DNA from: Paraphysomonas bandaiensis
Lineage: Eukaryota; Protista; Chrysophyceae
Length of the DNA stretch: 64,000 bases
Assembly (NCBI GenBank): GCA_965644295.1
Contig: CBFFRP010000255.1
Span: forward strand, 62,001-126,000
Direction of reading: 5' to 3'
Shown: in pieces, positions 62,327 through 64,000 of the stretch
Layout: each line of letters begins with the position of its first letter
Position numbering within the stretch: position 1 is the stretch's first letter
Notes under the pieces: generated by a model
The model's input: only the letters and a program-made list of their open reading frames with translations
What the model was told of the DNA's origin: nothing
Database searches by the model: none
Translations under genes and position numbers: made by a program

Positions 62327-63545
62327 ATGTTCACATTCAGTAAATTCCCGAAGCTGGACCCAGTCGATATCGCCCTCATCGTTGACTCGAAGGACTCAGA
62401 TGTCGTATCCGCACTATATAATTTAACGACGAGTATACTGTTAATGGACTCGATTGATGGATTGGAGACATCTCGAATGATTCGTGCGATAATATTTGTC
62501 GCTGATGCTGCCAGAGAGGCGGACATATCATGGGCACGCAGCTCATTTCCTAAAGCATTTGTGGCAGTCTACAACCCTTCTGCTGCATATAACCCTAATG
62601 TCAGACTGATGAATTTTGACGCTGGGGCGAATATGGTTGCACATGATATTGCGAGTCTTGTTACCACACTGTGCAAAGCGGTCCTGTACGCGGGATCAGG
62701 TGGCGGATACTATGAATGTCCGTACTGTAATTTCCACTCGTTGACTGAGGATGAGCTTCGTAGTCACTTGCCTGCGTATCATATTAACTGGCCACACAAT
62801 CGGGGAGCTGTTAGATGCCCTATATGTCGGGAGACTGTACGCAAGCCTTTACAGGTTCATATCCATGACGATCACGGTCCTGCTGCTCGTCGTCGACGTG
62901 GTGCTCCCATGCGGGAGCATTCCAAAATACGATTCTATGGTTTTGGCCTAGTTGTTTGTCGGCACCCAAGTACAGGGGCTTATCTTCTCTGCCAAGAGTT
63001 TGCCAATCAGGGTTTTTGGGTGCCTGGGGGGGCAGTGGATGCAGGCGAAACCTTTGTCGCTGCTGCTACTCGAGAGACTTTAGAGGAGGCAGGCATCAAT
63101 ATCGAGGTCAAGGGTATATTGTCCATAGATCACAGTCCACAGTGCGACGGAGATGGTACAGTTAGCATAGTACTCTTCATTGATAGCTGTGGTGCTGTAT
63201 GTCACACTGGATGTGCTAGCTGAATTAATTCGTAGTTAATAAAGCTCATGGCTTTATACTTCAGATTACTACGCGAAGATGAGAGTGATATTCTACGCGG
63301 AGCCCATCGATGCCTCACAGGTTCCGAAGAGTATACCTGATTTCGAGTCAGCCGGGGCATGCTGGTGCTCGTATCAGCAGATTATGTCTGGGCTGAAGCT
63401 ACGCGGCTCCGAGCCGAAGCAGTGGGCGAGGTAATTATATATCTCACGAGTGCCTTACCACGAGTGTAGCTTATGTATTCTATGCAGCTATTTGGAAAAT
63501 GGCGGTCAAATATTTCCGCTTTCATTGCTGAAAGAAAGAAGTTAG
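62327..63545 (+). CDS. Zinc-finger-Nudix hydrolase
   Basis: CPYC...H...H and CPIC...H...H fingers; Nudix box GGAVDAGETFVAAATRETLEEAG; 3' exons to TAG at 63543-63545. Confidence 0.88.
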
Positions 63546-64000
63546 TCCACATACCTTGCGCCTGCATTCGTCGTCCACATCCAGCATAAAAGTGATAGTG
63601 TATTTTGAAATTTATGGAGCGCTTCCAAGTACTGCATGGAAAATAAATTTCTTGACAAGTGCTTTATAAAACACTGCTGTCTATTAGTTACTACTCTTTG
63701 AAATCTGTAAAATAAATTTATGAATTTTAATTTCATGTAAATGTTGGTTGCTAGCTTGATTCATAAAATCCGTGATAATCTCGCGTTGTACAGTTGTACA
63801 GGAAGCGTGAGGTTGAATACTTGATATCTCAAAGTATTTTTACTTCACTATTTTCTTTTTAACTTAAAATATTTATGCTATTTGATTTCATGATATATGT
63901 TATTGTGATTGCTCTTACGTTTCCCAGAAATGTAGTTGACGCTCTTTTTTTTGGTGTTATATTGTGATGGTGTATCAATGGTAAATTCATAATATAAAGA

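Overview
Gene-dense eukaryotic nuclear DNA with short GT-AG introns (mostly about 45-60 nt) and the standard genetic code. It is most consistent with a flagellated stramenopile; this is inferred from gene content (plant-type NDUFB8, alphaproteobacterial-type FtsZ, a BROMI-like ciliary gene). There are about 20 protein-coding genes plus an FtsZ pseudogene, arranged mostly as head-to-head pairs. The main finding is a family of roughly 500-bp non-autonomous non-LTR retroposons (SINE-like) with 12 copies or fragments in 64 kb, several flanked by 12-14-bp target-site duplications. Their 5' 89 nt fold into an HDV-like self-cleaving ribozyme that resembles the trypanosomatid L1Tc/ingi 5' signature and R2 ribozymes. 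A 5'-truncated insertion carrying an open reading frame and the same 3' end, flanked by a perfect 59-bp direct repeat, is a candidate fragment of the autonomous partner LINE. Other notable items: a kinesin with an F-box-like N-terminus and a U-box inserted inside the motor domain, a decayed mitochondrial-type FtsZ, hAT transposase relics, a CACTA-like MITE and an ~850-bp (TATG)n microsatellite. All protein and RNA identifications come from motif recognition by eye; no searches were run. Exon boundaries and some start codons are approximate.
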